From Peptococcaceae bacterium 1109 (GTDB lineage: Bacteria; Bacillota; Limnochordia; Darwinibacteriales; Darwinibacteriaceae), in contig LDJB01000004.1 of assembly GCA_001028815.1 (NCBI GenBank), positions 147,123 through 211,122 on the forward strand: a DNA stretch of 64,000 nucleotides, in the 5' to 3' direction. Below the pieces are notes generated by a model. That model saw only the letters and a list, made by a program, of their open reading frames with translations. It had not been told where the DNA came from and did no database searches. This document shows positions 28,706 through 38,336 of this stretch, in pieces (position 1 is the stretch's first letter; each line of letters starts with the position of its first letter). Made by a program: the position numbers and the translations under genes.

Positions 28706-30049
28706 TTATAAATTGCTGCTCATGGCCTTAACTGGCGACAACTTCGCGGCAGCCTTGGCAGGGAAATAGGCTGCCAAAAGACCCATGGCCAAAATCAAGC
28801 TAGTGTTGAAAGTGATCTCCCGGAACGAGGCGGTAAAGGTAATGCGGCCCTGGTCCAGGAAGAACTGCATGGCAGGTACCGTATCCCAGGAGATCCTTCC
28901 GAGGATGAAGGCCGCCAATCCATAGGCGATCAGCCCCGCCAAGGCACCGCCTGCACTCAGAAGCAAAGCTTCCATGAGGAACACATTCCGCACTACACCC
29001 CGCTGCATCCCAAAGGCCCTCATGGTGCCGATCTCCTTGGTGCGCTCGATCATGATCATCCGGAATGTGTTGGTAATGCCCACCATAGTAATCACCAGGA
29101 GAATAATGAATATGGCTAGGCCAATGGTCTTCAAGGCATTTACCGCTGCCTCCACTGGCTCCATGATCTGGTTGATGGTGGTCACCTGATACTTTATCCC
29201 TTCCCAAGGTTCCACCTCGGAAGCCCGGGTAAACCCAAACATAGCTGCCATTGCCTCTTCATCATCCATGTCCTGCACCTCTGCAAGGCGCTTTGGCTCC
29301 GGCACGCCTAGGGCTGCTCTAAAGCTCTGACCCAAAGCATCAGCCTGTTCCATGTCAGTGAGAAAGAGGTTCAGGGCCTGGTAATCCTCTAGCCCTAAGC
29401 CTACGAGGGTGTTAAGGTATCCCCTGTTCACGTAGGCAGCGGAAATGCCGTAGCGCTCCTGGTCTTCGATGAGGGCAACTACTACAAACTCGCCCACGTT
29501 GCGCTGGCCTGTGACCGTATCCAGGCGCATCAAGATCGTCTCTCCCGCCTCCACCCCAAGGCGCTCCGCCACCGAGCGGGGGAGAATTATAAGCTGCTCG
29601 TTGGTTACGTCTTTTAGCGAACCCCCGGTCACAACTAAGCTCCCCAGGAGTTTGTCCTCCTGCTGAAAATCCACGCCGTAGACCAGCTGCATTGCCTGGC
29701 GTGACCCAAAGATGAGGCTGGGCATGGCCTGCGAGCGGCGGGTCACCGCTGCGATGGACTCGCCATTCTGCTGTAAGGCCGTTAGGAGCTTCTCGTCATC
29801 GGCTATACGATAAACAATGGTCCCCCGGTCCAAGTATTCACTGCCAGAGATAAAGACGTGGCCCCCCAGGGCATGGGAGAAGTTGACTCGGATGTTGTCT
29901 ACCACTCCGCCAGTGAGGCCGTTAATGGCTGTAATCACAAACATTCCAAAAGCAATGGCCCCAGCCAAGAGGAAACTGCGCTTCTTCTGCCGCCACACAT
30001 TGCGGGCAGATATCTTCAGAATGACTCCGATCATCCCCATCCTCCTCAC
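28706..30049 (-). CDS. ABC transporter permease, FtsX/MacB-LolC/E type (paralog 2)
   Basis: N-terminal TM (ARNVWRQKKRS), a large extracytoplasmic domain and a C-terminal FtsX block (ERTKEIGTMRAFGMQ). The start could be ATG 30034, which has better SD spacing. Confidence 0.85.
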   Translation of the reverse strand: MRRMGMIGVILKISARNVWRQKKRSFLLAGAIAFGMFVITAINGLTGGVVDNIRVNFSHALGGHVFISGSEYLDRGTIVYRIADDEKLLTALQQNGESIAAVTRRSQAMPSLIFGSRQAMQLVYGVDFQQEDKLLGSLVVTGGSLKDVTNEQLIILPRSVAERLGVEAGETILMRLDTVTGQRNVGEFVVVALIEDQERYGISAAYVNRGYLNTLVGLGLEDYQALNLFLTDMEQADALGQSFRAALGVPEPKRLAEVQDMDDEEAMAAMFGFTRASEVEPWEGIKYQVTTINQIMEPVEAAVNALKTIGLAIFIILLVITMVGITNTFRMIMIERTKEIGTMRAFGMQRGVVRNVFLMEALLLSAGGALAGLIAYGLAAFILGRISWDTVPAMQFFLDQGRITFTASFREITFNTSLILAMGLLAAYFPAKAAAKLSPVKAMSSNL

Positions 30050-31521
30050 TCACTCTGCATTGCCTTCACGGGCGGCATCTTCATGACAATGGACGCAGGA
30101 TAGGAACTTGCCACAACTCCCACCACAAAAACAACGGCCAGTGCCATGACTACCGACGACAGGGAAAGCTCAGGCCTGAGTACGGGGCCCCCAAAGATTA
30201 TCTCAAAGAACATATTGCTCGCTTCGATACCCACCACATTCAAGGCTGCCAAGATGGCCCCCCCGATACTAAGGCCAACGGCCCCCGCGATCCCTGTGAG
30301 GAGCAAGGTTTCACAGAGGACCATTTTCCAAACAAAGCTCTTCTGGGCGCCAATGGCCCGCATGGTGCCGATCTCTGCTGTCCGCTCCGTAACCGAGATG
30401 ACCAAGGTGTTCATGATGATAATCACTGCTACCACTGCGATGACTGCCACAATTCCATTGAAGATGTTCTTAATGCCGTAACCGAGCTCCGCTGTGACCC
30501 CCGCACCCTGCAGCCAGTTACTGGTCTGAGCAGGGATGCCCTGTTGTTCAAAGAACGCGGCCAGATCCGCTTGGGCACGCCCCAGATAGCGCTCATCAGT
30601 GAGGCGAATAATGAGGAAATGCCACGCGCCTGTATCCTCTTGGCAATCAGAGGCGGGTGCCGGTTCGGGCTCTAGTGTCACAAACAGGTCCTCAATATTT
30701 AGAACTTGCTCTGAACTGGACTCTTCGAAGAGGCTGTCCAGGCCAGTGAAGAGGCTGTCGATGTCCAGCTCCCCTAAGAAAGCCTGTTCCCGCTCGGTGA
30801 GCTCAGCGGCATCAGTATGCCCCACAACCAGCCCAGCCAAATCCCGGGCGTTATCTGCATCGAGGAGTGAAACCATATCCAGCTGCGGGTTAGATTGGAG
30901 AAAGCGGAAGATACCGGACACAGGTACTTCTCTGATGCGCATCCCAGTCTGGACGCTCACGCCCGTAAGGAGAATCTTGTCACCGGGCTGGATGGTTATC
31001 CCCTGGCGGCTTTCGATGCGCTCAACCAAGCGCTGGCTCAAGAGGACGCCTTCCTCCCCAGGCTGAAAGAAATCCCCTGCCAGAAGCTCAATGTTCTCCG
31101 GAAACATGTTGCGGTACTGCACAGGGTCAATTCCGAAGAGCTGGGTGACTCCCAGTGTTTCATCCCCCATGCCTACCAGTGCCCCAGCGGTAATCTGGGG
31201 GTTTACCCCTTCCACATAGGGCAGCGAACGAACATACTCCAGAACCTCTTGGTAGTCGGGAATGTGCGGTACGGACCGCTCCATTGCGGTGAGGTCTTGG
31301 AATCCGAATAATGTGAGGCGCCCGGGATGCTTGCCGGTGATGATCAGATGACCGGTATAGTTCCGGGTGTAAGACCGCTCAATGCCTGCTGTGGCGCTAT
31401 CCATGAGAGAGTTGCCCACTACCAGCACCACAATGCCAACCACCATAATGATTCCCACAATCAGGGTCTTGATTTTCTGCTTGCGAAGATTGCGCCAGGC
31501 GATGCGGAGAAGAATCCTCAT
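30046..31521 (-). CDS. ABC transporter permease, FtsX/MacB-LolC/E type (paralog 1)
   Basis: [13 protein letters not shown]-terminus, a large loop with an acidic insert, and an FtsX block ([15 protein letters not shown]). ATGA overlap with the ATPase gene. Confidence 0.85.
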   Translation of the reverse strand: MRILLRIAWRNLRKQKIKTLIVGIIMVVGIVVLVVGNSLMDSATAGIERSYTRNYTGHLIITGKHPGRLTLFGFQDLTAMERSVPHIPDYQEVLEYVRSLPYVEGVNPQITAGALVGMGDETLGVTQLFGIDPVQYRNMFPENIELLAGDFFQPGEEGVLLSQRLVERIESRQGITIQPGDKILLTGVSVQTGMRIREVPVSGIFRFLQSNPQLDMVSLLDADNARDLAGLVVGHTDAAELTEREQAFLGELDIDSLFTGLDSLFEESSSEQVLNIEDLFVTLEPEPAPASDCQEDTGAWHFLIIRLTDERYLGRAQADLAAFFEQQGIPAQTSNWLQGAGVTAELGYGIKNIFNGIVAVIAVVAVIIIMNTLVISVTERTAEIGTMRAIGAQKSFVWKMVLCETLLLTGIAGAVGLSIGGAILAALNVVGIEASNMFFEIIFGGPVLRPELSLSSVVMALAVVFVVGVVASSYPASIVMKMPPVKAMQSE

Positions 31522-32237
31522 GACATCGCCTCCGTATCCCGGTCCGCTTTCTGGTACACTTCCTCCACAATGGTGCCGTCTAAGAGGCGGATGACATGGT
31601 CAGTGAGGCCCACAATGGAGGAATCATGGGTGGAGAAAATGAAAGTGGTGTTCAGTTCAGCGTTCATTTTCTTCATCAGCTCTAGAATACTCTGTCCTGT
31701 CTTGGAGTCAAGGTTAGCGGTGGGCTCATCAGCTAAGACAATGGCTGGGCGAGTCACCAAAGCCCGGGCAATAGCCACCCGCTGCCGCTGTCCCCCTGAA
31801 AGCTCATTGGGCCGATGGTGGATATGGTCGTGCAGGCCCACCTGTTCTATTAGATAACTAATCCAGTCCCGCACCTCACCTTTGGGTACGGATGTCTTCC
31901 CCAGAAGTAAGGGGAACTCAATGTTCTCATAGACGTTCAGCACGGGGATGAGGTTGAACGACTGGAAGATGAAGCCTAGAGTTTGGTGCCGCAGAGTGGT
32001 GAGCTGCCGATCGCTCATCCCGCTTGTGGCAGTCCCGTTGATGCGTACGACGCCGCTGTTAGGCTGATCAATGCAGCCAATCAGGTTGAGAATGGTAGAT
32101 TTGCCCGACCCAGAGGGGCCGATGATGGATGCAAACTCTCCAGAGGCGATCTCGAAGCTGACACCTTTGACCGCGTGTACCTCGGTTTTCCCTAAAGTGT
32201 AGATCTTATGTACATCCGCAAGCTCGATAATAGCCAT
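31518..32237 (-). CDS. ABC transporter ATP-binding protein, LolD/MacB type
   Basis: Walker [25 protein letters not shown] and Walker B VLADEPT; 239 aa. Confidence 0.9.
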   Translation of the reverse strand: MAIIELADVHKIYTLGKTEVHAVKGVSFEIASGEFASIIGPSGSGKSTILNLIGCIDQPNSGVVRINGTATSGMSDRQLTTLRHQTLGFIFQSFNLIPVLNVYENIEFPLLLGKTSVPKGEVRDWISYLIEQVGLHDHIHHRPNELSGGQRQRVAIARALVTRPAIVLADEPTANLDSKTGQSILELMKKMNAELNTTFIFSTHDSSIVGLTDHVIRLLDGTIVEEVYQKADRDTEAMS

Positions 32238-32346
32238 GCAATGACCTCCAAACTGTACCGATATTTAAAGGATACCCCAACGGCACTAGTTGTACAAGGG
32301 ATGGTAAATGCCAGTGGAGAAATGCCTACTAAAGGAGTGGTGAACT

Positions 32347-33675
32347 GTGTGCGATACTTTTGTAGCCTTGGGTAGTGCCACGGCCCATGGCGGAGTAATC
32401 TTCGCCAAAAACAGCGACCGTCAGCCAAATGAGCCCCACCTCTTGATCCGCATCCCTAGGCGGAAACATCCCCCTGGGACCAAGCTGAGATGCACCTATA
32501 TTGAAATCGAACAAGCCCGGGAAACGTATGAGGTTTTCCTCCTAAAGCCTTCGTGGATGTGGGGCGCAGAAATGGGTGGCAATGAGTTCGGCCTTCAAAT
32601 CGGGAACGAGGCGGTTTTTACAAAAGAAAAGCAAGGCCCGCCCGCTCTCCTAGGGATGGACATGCTCCGCCTAGCCCTAGAGCGCTGCCGCACCAGTGAA
32701 GAAGCCCTGCATTTCATCATTGAGCTTCTGGAAAAATACGGCCAAGGGGGCAACTGCGGTTACGCCAAGCCCTTCTACTACCACAATGCGTTCCTCATCG
32801 CCGATCCCCGCTCCGCGTGGGTGCTAGAGACAGCGGGGAAGTATTGGGCCGCGCAGCAGGTGAGCGATGTCAAAGCTATATCCAATCGTTTGAGCATCGG
32901 GGCAGACTTTGACCTTGCCCATCCAGGCCTGGTAAGGAATGCGGTGGAAAAGGGATGGTGCCGCTCCGAAGCGGACTTTGACTTTGCAAAGTGCTACTCA
33001 AATCCAGTTGTTACAGCGGCCAGCGGCTCGTTCCATCGCCAGCAGGCAGCAGAGCAAGTGCTGCGCCATAATAAGGGTCGCATCACTGTAGAACTGGCCA
33101 TGGCAATTCTCCGAAGCCACACACCCCGCCATCAGAAGGACCCCTTTGCCCACAGTTCCCTTGGCTCCGTATGCATGCATGGCGGCTTCCTCTTTGGAGA
33201 TCACACTACCGGAAGTTATGTGGCCTCTGTAGCAGAAGGCCAGGTAACGTACTGGGCCACAGGCAGTTCCACTCCCTGCATCGCAGTGTTTAAGCCCTAC
33301 TGGCTCACTGATGCCCCTAATGGCATGGTATTCCCGGAAGCACAGGCCCAAGATTCTTTGTCCTTCTGGATGTTCCGGGAGCGCTTCCACCGGGCTGTCC
33401 TGGAAAACCGCATACCCAATCTGCAACACTACTTGGGAGAACGGGATGCTCTAGAGAAGGAATCCCTGCAAAGGGCCGCGGGGAGCATAGAAGCAGGTGC
33501 GGATGCACTAGTGGATCTTATGAACTACGCAGTAGAAAAAGAAACAGCACTGGTAACCAAAGCCCTGGCGGAGGCGGAGCCAAGGCCCGGCAAACTGCGG
33601 GGTAACCCCTACTTCCGCTGGTACTGGAAGAATCAAACCCGGAAGCTCCTGACTACTCCCCCTCGCCTTGCATGA
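32347..33675 (+). CDS. Ntn-hydrolase, peptidase C69 / secernin-like family
   Basis: GTG start followed directly by Cys (M)CDTFVALGSATAHGGVIFAKNSDRQPNEP, the N-terminal nucleophile arrangement of C69 dipeptidases. Confidence 0.75.
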   Translation: MCDTFVALGSATAHGGVIFAKNSDRQPNEPHLLIRIPRRKHPPGTKLRCTYIEIEQARETYEVFLLKPSWMWGAEMGGNEFGLQIGNEAVFTKEKQGPPALLGMDMLRLALERCRTSEEALHFIIELLEKYGQGGNCGYAKPFYYHNAFLIADPRSAWVLETAGKYWAAQQVSDVKAISNRLSIGADFDLAHPGLVRNAVEKGWCRSEADFDFAKCYSNPVVTAASGSFHRQQAAEQVLRHNKGRITVELAMAILRSHTPRHQKDPFAHSSLGSVCMHGGFLFGDHTTGSYVASVAEGQVTYWATGSSTPCIAVFKPYWLTDAPNGMVFPEAQAQDSLSFWMFRERFHRAVLENRIPNLQHYLGERDALEKESLQRAAGSIEAGADALVDLMNYAVEKETALVTKALAEAEPRPGKLRGNPYFRWYWKNQTRKLLTTPPRLA

Positions 33676-33871
33676 CATATTCGAGTATGTCCCCGGGCTG
33701 GCACTGGAGCACCTGGCACAGCCGCTCCAAAGTTGAGAAGCGGATAGCCTTTGCCTTGTTGTTTTTCAAAATAGACAGGTTGGCCAGAGTGATATCGATC
33801 TGGTTGGCCAGTTCTGTCAAGCTAATGCCCCGTTCGCGCATGATGCGGTCAAGACGAACACGAATGCCCAT
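33653..33871 (-). CDS. Small XRE-family HTH transcriptional regulator (YozG-like)
   Basis: RLDRIMRERGISLTELANQIDITLANLSILKNNKAKAIRFSTLERLCQVLQCQPGDILEY. Confidence 0.8.
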   Translation of the reverse strand: MGIRVRLDRIMRERGISLTELANQIDITLANLSILKNNKAKAIRFSTLERLCQVLQCQPGDILEYVMQGEGE

Positions 33872-33917
33872 AGCCTTTCCCTTCTATACCGTAAGATCGG
33901 AGTCGTCCCCGCTTTGT

Positions 33918-33947
33918 ATTTTACGGGAAGGGTTTATCGTTTGTCAA
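33918..33947 (-). promoter_or_regulatory. Sigma-A-type promoter of the XRE regulator
   Basis: The minus strand reads TTGACA (33947-33942), 18 nt, then TAAAAT (33923-33918). The -35 is embedded in the inverted repeat CGTTT-N6-AAACG. Confidence 0.5.
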
Positions 33948-33960
33948 TAAACGAGCAGGC

Positions 33961-33989
33961 TTGACAGAGCCTCCAAAGGAGAGTAAGCT
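33961..33989 (+). promoter_or_regulatory. Sigma-A-type promoter of the thrS T-box leader
   Basis: TTGACA (33961-33966), 17 nt, then TAAGCT (33984-33989). Confidence 0.5.
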
Positions 33990-34011
33990 AAATACAATAC
34001 AGATCGACTCT

Positions 34012-34240
34012 AAGTGCGATGATGAGGAAGAGTAATCACAGGCTAGCTGACAGAGAAGGGAAGCCAGTGGCTGAAAGCTTCCCCCAGAGGAGCGGTGATG
34101 AAAACCACCTCGGAGCTGCCCGCTGAAAGTGGAGTAAGCGTGGCCGGGGCACCGTTATCTGCATTGAGTGGGCTGCTTAGGCAGCCAATTTGGGTGGAAC
34201 CACGGCAACCTCGTCCCAAGATTTGGGGCGAGGTTTTTTG
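34012..34240 (+). ncRNA. T-box riboswitch leader, threonine specifier (ACC)
   Basis: Stem I GA/K-turn start GCGATGATGAGGAAGAGTA, AGAGA box (34051-34055), specifier-loop GAAAACCA with ACC at 34104-34106 followed by A, and T-box core AATTTGGGTGGAACCACGG (34187-34205). The terminator is CCTCGTCCC-aagattt-GGGGCGAGG + TTTTTT (34209-34239). Confidence 0.85.
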
Positions 34241-34267
34241 CATTCCCTACTGGAAGGAGTTAGAATT

Positions 34268-35977
34268 ATGCAGCGTGAAGAAGCATTGCGGCATACCGCC
34301 GCCCACGTGATGGCCCAAGCAGTAATGCGCCTATGGCCCGATGTAAAGCTGGCCATCGGCCCAGCCATCAAGAACGGTTTCTATTATGATTTTGACCTGG
34401 AGCACCGCCTAACCAGCGACGACTTGGCCCGCATCGAAGCAGAAATGAAAAACATCGCAGCAGAGGGATTCCCCCTTATCCGCGAGGAACTGTCCAAACA
34501 AGAAGCGATAGAGCTGTTTTCCCGTATGAACCAACCGTATAAACTGGAGCTTCTGGAGGAACTGCCTGAAGAGGTTTCTGTATATCGCCAAGGGGAGTTT
34601 GTAGACCTCTGTCAAGGCCCCCATGTGGGGAGCACCGCTGAAGTAAAGCACTTCAAGCTCCAGAGCGTCGCAGGGGCGTACTGGCGAGGGGACTCCTCAA
34701 GGCCCATGCTCCAGCGCATTTACGGCACTGCCTTTGACAGCAAAGAAGAGCTTAAGGATCATCTCAGGCTTCTAGAAGAAGCGGCGAAGCGGGATCACCG
34801 CAAGCTAGGAAAGGAGCTTGACCTGTTTAGCATCCAAGATGAAGGCCCTGGCTTTCCCTTCTTTCACCCCAAAGGCATGGTGATCCGAAACACCCTAGAG
34901 GATTTCTGGCGGGCAGAACACGTAAAGCGGGGCTACCAAGAGGTTAAGACCCCTATCATGCTCCACGAAGACCTGTGGCACCGTTCTGGGCACTGGGACA
35001 ACTATCGGGAAAACATGTACTTCTCCGAAATCGACGAACAGCGCTTTGCCATCAAACCCATGAACTGCCCTGGGGGAATGCTCCTCTATAAGCGTAAGCT
35101 CCATTCCTACCGAGACCTGCCCCTGCGCGTGGGCGAGCTGGGCTTAGTGCACCGCCACGAACTCTCTGGTGCGCTCCACGGGTTGATGCGGGTTAGATGC
35201 TTCACCCAAGATGATGCCCACATCTTTATGCTCCCCAGTCAGATTCAGGCGGAGATCGAAGGGGTTATCGATTTTATCCACGCGGTGTACACCGATGTCT
35301 TCGGATTCCCTTACCACGTGGAGCTGTCCACGAAACCAGAGAATGCCATTGGCGATGATCTCATGTGGGAAAAAGCAACACAGGCCTTGAAAGATGCCCT
35401 GGAAGCCAAAGGCCTGCCCTACGTGATCAACGAAGGGGATGGGGCTTTTTACGGGCCTAAGATCGACTTCCACTTAGAAGACAGTATCGGCCGGACCTGG
35501 CAGTGCGGCACCATCCAACTGGATTTTGCAATGCCCGAGCGCTTTGACCTCACCTATATCGACGAAGACGGCCAGCGCCGCCGCCCGGTCATGCTCCACC
35601 GCGTGATCTTCGGAAGCATTGAAAGGTTCATCGGCATTCTCACCGAACACTACGCAGGGGCATTCCCCGCCTGGCTCGCACCTGTGCAGGTTATGGTGAT
35701 CCCTGTTAGCGATGGGCAGTCGGAATATGCACGAGAGCTCGAGCGAGCGCTCCTGCAAAAAGGCCTACGGGCGGAGAGCGATCTGCGCTCAGAGTCGGTG
35801 GGCAAGAAGATTCGCGCTGCGCAGCTCCAAAAGGTCCCCTATATGGTGATCGTAGGCGAACGGGAGCAGCAAGAAGGAACCATCAGCGTCCGCCACCGCA
35901 AGAGGGGCGACCTAGGTAGTACCAGCCTAGAAACCTTCAGCTCAGAGCTCCAAAAGGAGATCGCTGACCGCCGTTGA
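34268..35977 (+). CDS. thrS: Threonine--tRNA ligase, short form lacking the N-terminal TGS domain
   Basis: Starts at the editing-domain motif ALRHTAAHVMAQAV. Class II motifs are FRAEHVKRGY, RVRCFTQDDAHIF and GAFYGPKIDF, with an anticodon-binding C-terminus. ATG 34268 follows the T-box terminator. Confidence 0.9.
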   Translation: MQREEALRHTAAHVMAQAVMRLWPDVKLAIGPAIKNGFYYDFDLEHRLTSDDLARIEAEMKNIAAEGFPLIREELSKQEAIELFSRMNQPYKLELLEELPEEVSVYRQGEFVDLCQGPHVGSTAEVKHFKLQSVAGAYWRGDSSRPMLQRIYGTAFDSKEELKDHLRLLEEAAKRDHRKLGKELDLFSIQDEGPGFPFFHPKGMVIRNTLEDFWRAEHVKRGYQEVKTPIMLHEDLWHRSGHWDNYRENMYFSEIDEQRFAIKPMNCPGGMLLYKRKLHSYRDLPLRVGELGLVHRHELSGALHGLMRVRCFTQDDAHIFMLPSQIQAEIEGVIDFIHAVYTDVFGFPYHVELSTKPENAIGDDLMWEKATQALKDALEAKGLPYVINEGDGAFYGPKIDFHLEDSIGRTWQCGTIQLDFAMPERFDLTYIDEDGQRRRPVMLHRVIFGSIERFIGILTEHYAGAFPAWLAPVQVMVIPVSDGQSEYARELERALLQKGLRAESDLRSESVGKKIRAAQLQKVPYMVIVGEREQQEGTISVRHRKRGDLGSTSLETFSSELQKEIADRR

Positions 35978-36017
35978 CAAGCAAACGGGTGTTCGTTATG
36001 ATCACCTCAGAAGGTAG

Positions 36018-38336
36018 GTGAGCTGCTTGAGCATTACCAAGTTCATGGAGACGCTTGACACCGATCCCCGGTTTCGAGGGAACATCACGTTTCGCCACAC
36101 TATCCCTGCAACGCCGGGCAAGTACGCCCCGATTCCTAGTTTCGTCCCACAAGACCTGAAAGCTCTGCTCGAGGGGAAGGGGATTACTCGGCTTTACAGC
36201 CACCAAGCCCAAGCCCTGCAAGCAGTTCACAAGGGGCAGGACATAGTGGTGGTGACACCCACCGCTTCAGGGAAAACCCTATGCTACAACCTGCCTGTTA
36301 TCCAAGCACTTCTGGAAAATGAAGAGGCCAGGGCGCTCTACCTGTTCCCCACTAAGGCTTTGTCCCAAGACCAGGTAGCGGAGCTCATGGAATGGAGCAC
36401 TGAGCTCGGGGGACGGATTAAGACCTACACCTATGACGGAGATACGCCTGGGGACGCCCGCAGAGCCATCCGCTCTGCGGGGAGCATCGTGGTGACTAAT
36501 CCCGACATGCTCCACTCAGGCATTCTCCCCCACCACACTAAGTGGATGCGGCTCTTTGAGAACCTCCGTTATGTGGTCATCGATGAGCTCCACACCTACC
36601 GGGGCGTGTTTGGGTCTCATGTAGCCAATGTTCTCAGGCGCTTGCACCGGATCTGCCAGTTCTACGGTTCTAGGCCCCAGTTTATCTGCACATCCGCGAC
36701 CATCGCCAACCCTGCAGAACACGGCAGCGCGCTCTTGGGGCGCCCGGTGACTGTCATAGACGACAACGGTGCTCCCCGAGGACCCCGCGAAGTGGTCTTC
36801 TACAATCCCCCAGTGGTGAATCAGCCGCTAGGAATCCGCCGCAGTGCTCTTCTGGAAGCCCGGGCCGTTGCCCACGAGCTTATTGCTGCGAAGGTACCTA
36901 CCATAATTTTTACCAGGAGCCGGCTCAACACCGAGGTCTTAGTGACCTACCTGCGAGAGTCCTTCCGCAAGCTAGGAGACACCGGGGAAAAGATTAGAGG
37001 ATACCGGGGCGGCTATCTCCCCACTCAGCGCCGGCAGATCGAACGGGACCTCCGGGACGGCAAGGTCTTAGGAGTGGTAAGCACTAATGCTTTGGAACTG
37101 GGGATCGACATTGGCTCACTGGAAGCGGTAGTGCTCACAGGGTACCCCGGGACCATCGCGAGCACCTGGCAGCAGATTGGCCGGGCCGGGCGAAGCAATA
37201 AGGCGTCACTGGCGGTGTTTGTGGCCAACTCCAGCCCCCTCAACCAGTTCATGGTGCAGAACCCTGACTATTTCCTAGAAAAGGGCGCGGAGTTTGCCCG
37301 GATCAACCCTGATAATCTCTTCATCCTCGTCTCGCACCTTAAATGCGCAGCCTTTGAGCTGCCCTTCCAAGTAGGGGAGAGGTTTGGAACCTTAGATCCC
37401 CAAGAGATCCTCGAGTACCTGGAGGAAGAGATGGTGCTCCGGCGAGTGGAGGACCGCTGGTATTGGATGAGCGAGGCTTACCCTGCAGTAGAGGTGTCGC
37501 TGCGGAGCGCCTCTGCGGACAATTTCGTGATTATCGATACTACCGACGGCAAGACCACGGTGATCGGGGAAGTGGATCGCTTCAGCGCTCCCATGCTCAT
37601 TCACGAAGGAGCCATCTACATCCACGAAAGCCAGACTTACCACATTGACCTTCTCGACTGGGAGGGGCAGAAAGCCTACGCCCGGAAAGTGGAGACAGAT
37701 TACTTTACCGATGCCAATCTCGCGGTGGAACTGAAGGTGCTGGATGTAACCGAGGAGCAAGTAAAGCCCTACACCACCCTCAGCTGGGGTGAGGTTATGG
37801 TTACAGCTAAAACCCACATGTATAAGAAGATCAAGTTCCATACCCATGAAAATGTGGGTTGGGGTGAGATCTCCCTGCCGGAGATGGACCTCCATACCAC
37901 CGCCTACTGGTTCACCGTGCCTAGCGCGGGTGAAGGAGGCATGGACCGAGATGCCATCCAGAGTGCCCTGATCGGGGCCGCACATGTCTTGGGGAACATC
38001 GCCTCATTGGAACTCATGTGCGAGCCAGGGGACCTGGGCGTCGCAGCGCAGGTTAAGTCGCCTTTTACCAGCGCCCCAACTGTTTTTATCTACGACAAAT
38101 ACCCTGGAGGCGTAGGTTTCAGCGAACAGCTGTTTAGCGATCATCGGCGCCTCATGGAGCGGGCCTACTCCCTGGTGAGCAGGTGCCCCTGCCCCGCTGG
38201 TTGCCCATCCTGCGTGGGCCCAGCAGATGAAGTTGGCATTAAGGGCAAGGAATATGTATTGCGGCTCCTGAAGGAGGTTATGGGCGATGGACCTCAAGAG
38301 CAGGCTGCGCCAAGTTCTGCCCAAGGAAAGGCCTAG
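36018..38336 (+). CDS. mrfA: DEAD/DEAH-box helicase with C-terminal DUF1998 (MZB) zinc domain, YprA/MrfA-like
   Basis: Walker A TPTASGKT, DEXH box VIDELH, QQIGRAGR and the C-terminal Cys cluster CPCPAGCPSCVGP. The start is ambiguous (GTG 36018, TTG 36027 or ATG 36045). Confidence 0.8.
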   Translation: MSCLSITKFMETLDTDPRFRGNITFRHTIPATPGKYAPIPSFVPQDLKALLEGKGITRLYSHQAQALQAVHKGQDIVVVTPTASGKTLCYNLPVIQALLENEEARALYLFPTKALSQDQVAELMEWSTELGGRIKTYTYDGDTPGDARRAIRSAGSIVVTNPDMLHSGILPHHTKWMRLFENLRYVVIDELHTYRGVFGSHVANVLRRLHRICQFYGSRPQFICTSATIANPAEHGSALLGRPVTVIDDNGAPRGPREVVFYNPPVVNQPLGIRRSALLEARAVAHELIAAKVPTIIFTRSRLNTEVLVTYLRESFRKLGDTGEKIRGYRGGYLPTQRRQIERDLRDGKVLGVVSTNALELGIDIGSLEAVVLTGYPGTIASTWQQIGRAGRSNKASLAVFVANSSPLNQFMVQNPDYFLEKGAEFARINPDNLFILVSHLKCAAFELPFQVGERFGTLDPQEILEYLEEEMVLRRVEDRWYWMSEAYPAVEVSLRSASADNFVIIDTTDGKTTVIGEVDRFSAPMLIHEGAIYIHESQTYHIDLLDWEGQKAYARKVETDYFTDANLAVELKVLDVTEEQVKPYTTLSWGEVMVTAKTHMYKKIKFHTHENVGWGEISLPEMDLHTTAYWFTVPSAGEGGMDRDAIQSALIGAAHVLGNIASLELMCEPGDLGVAAQVKSPFTSAPTVFIYDKYPGGVGFSEQLFSDHRRLMERAYSLVSRCPCPAGCPSCVGPADEVGIKGKEYVLRLLKEVMGDGPQEQAAPSSAQGKA

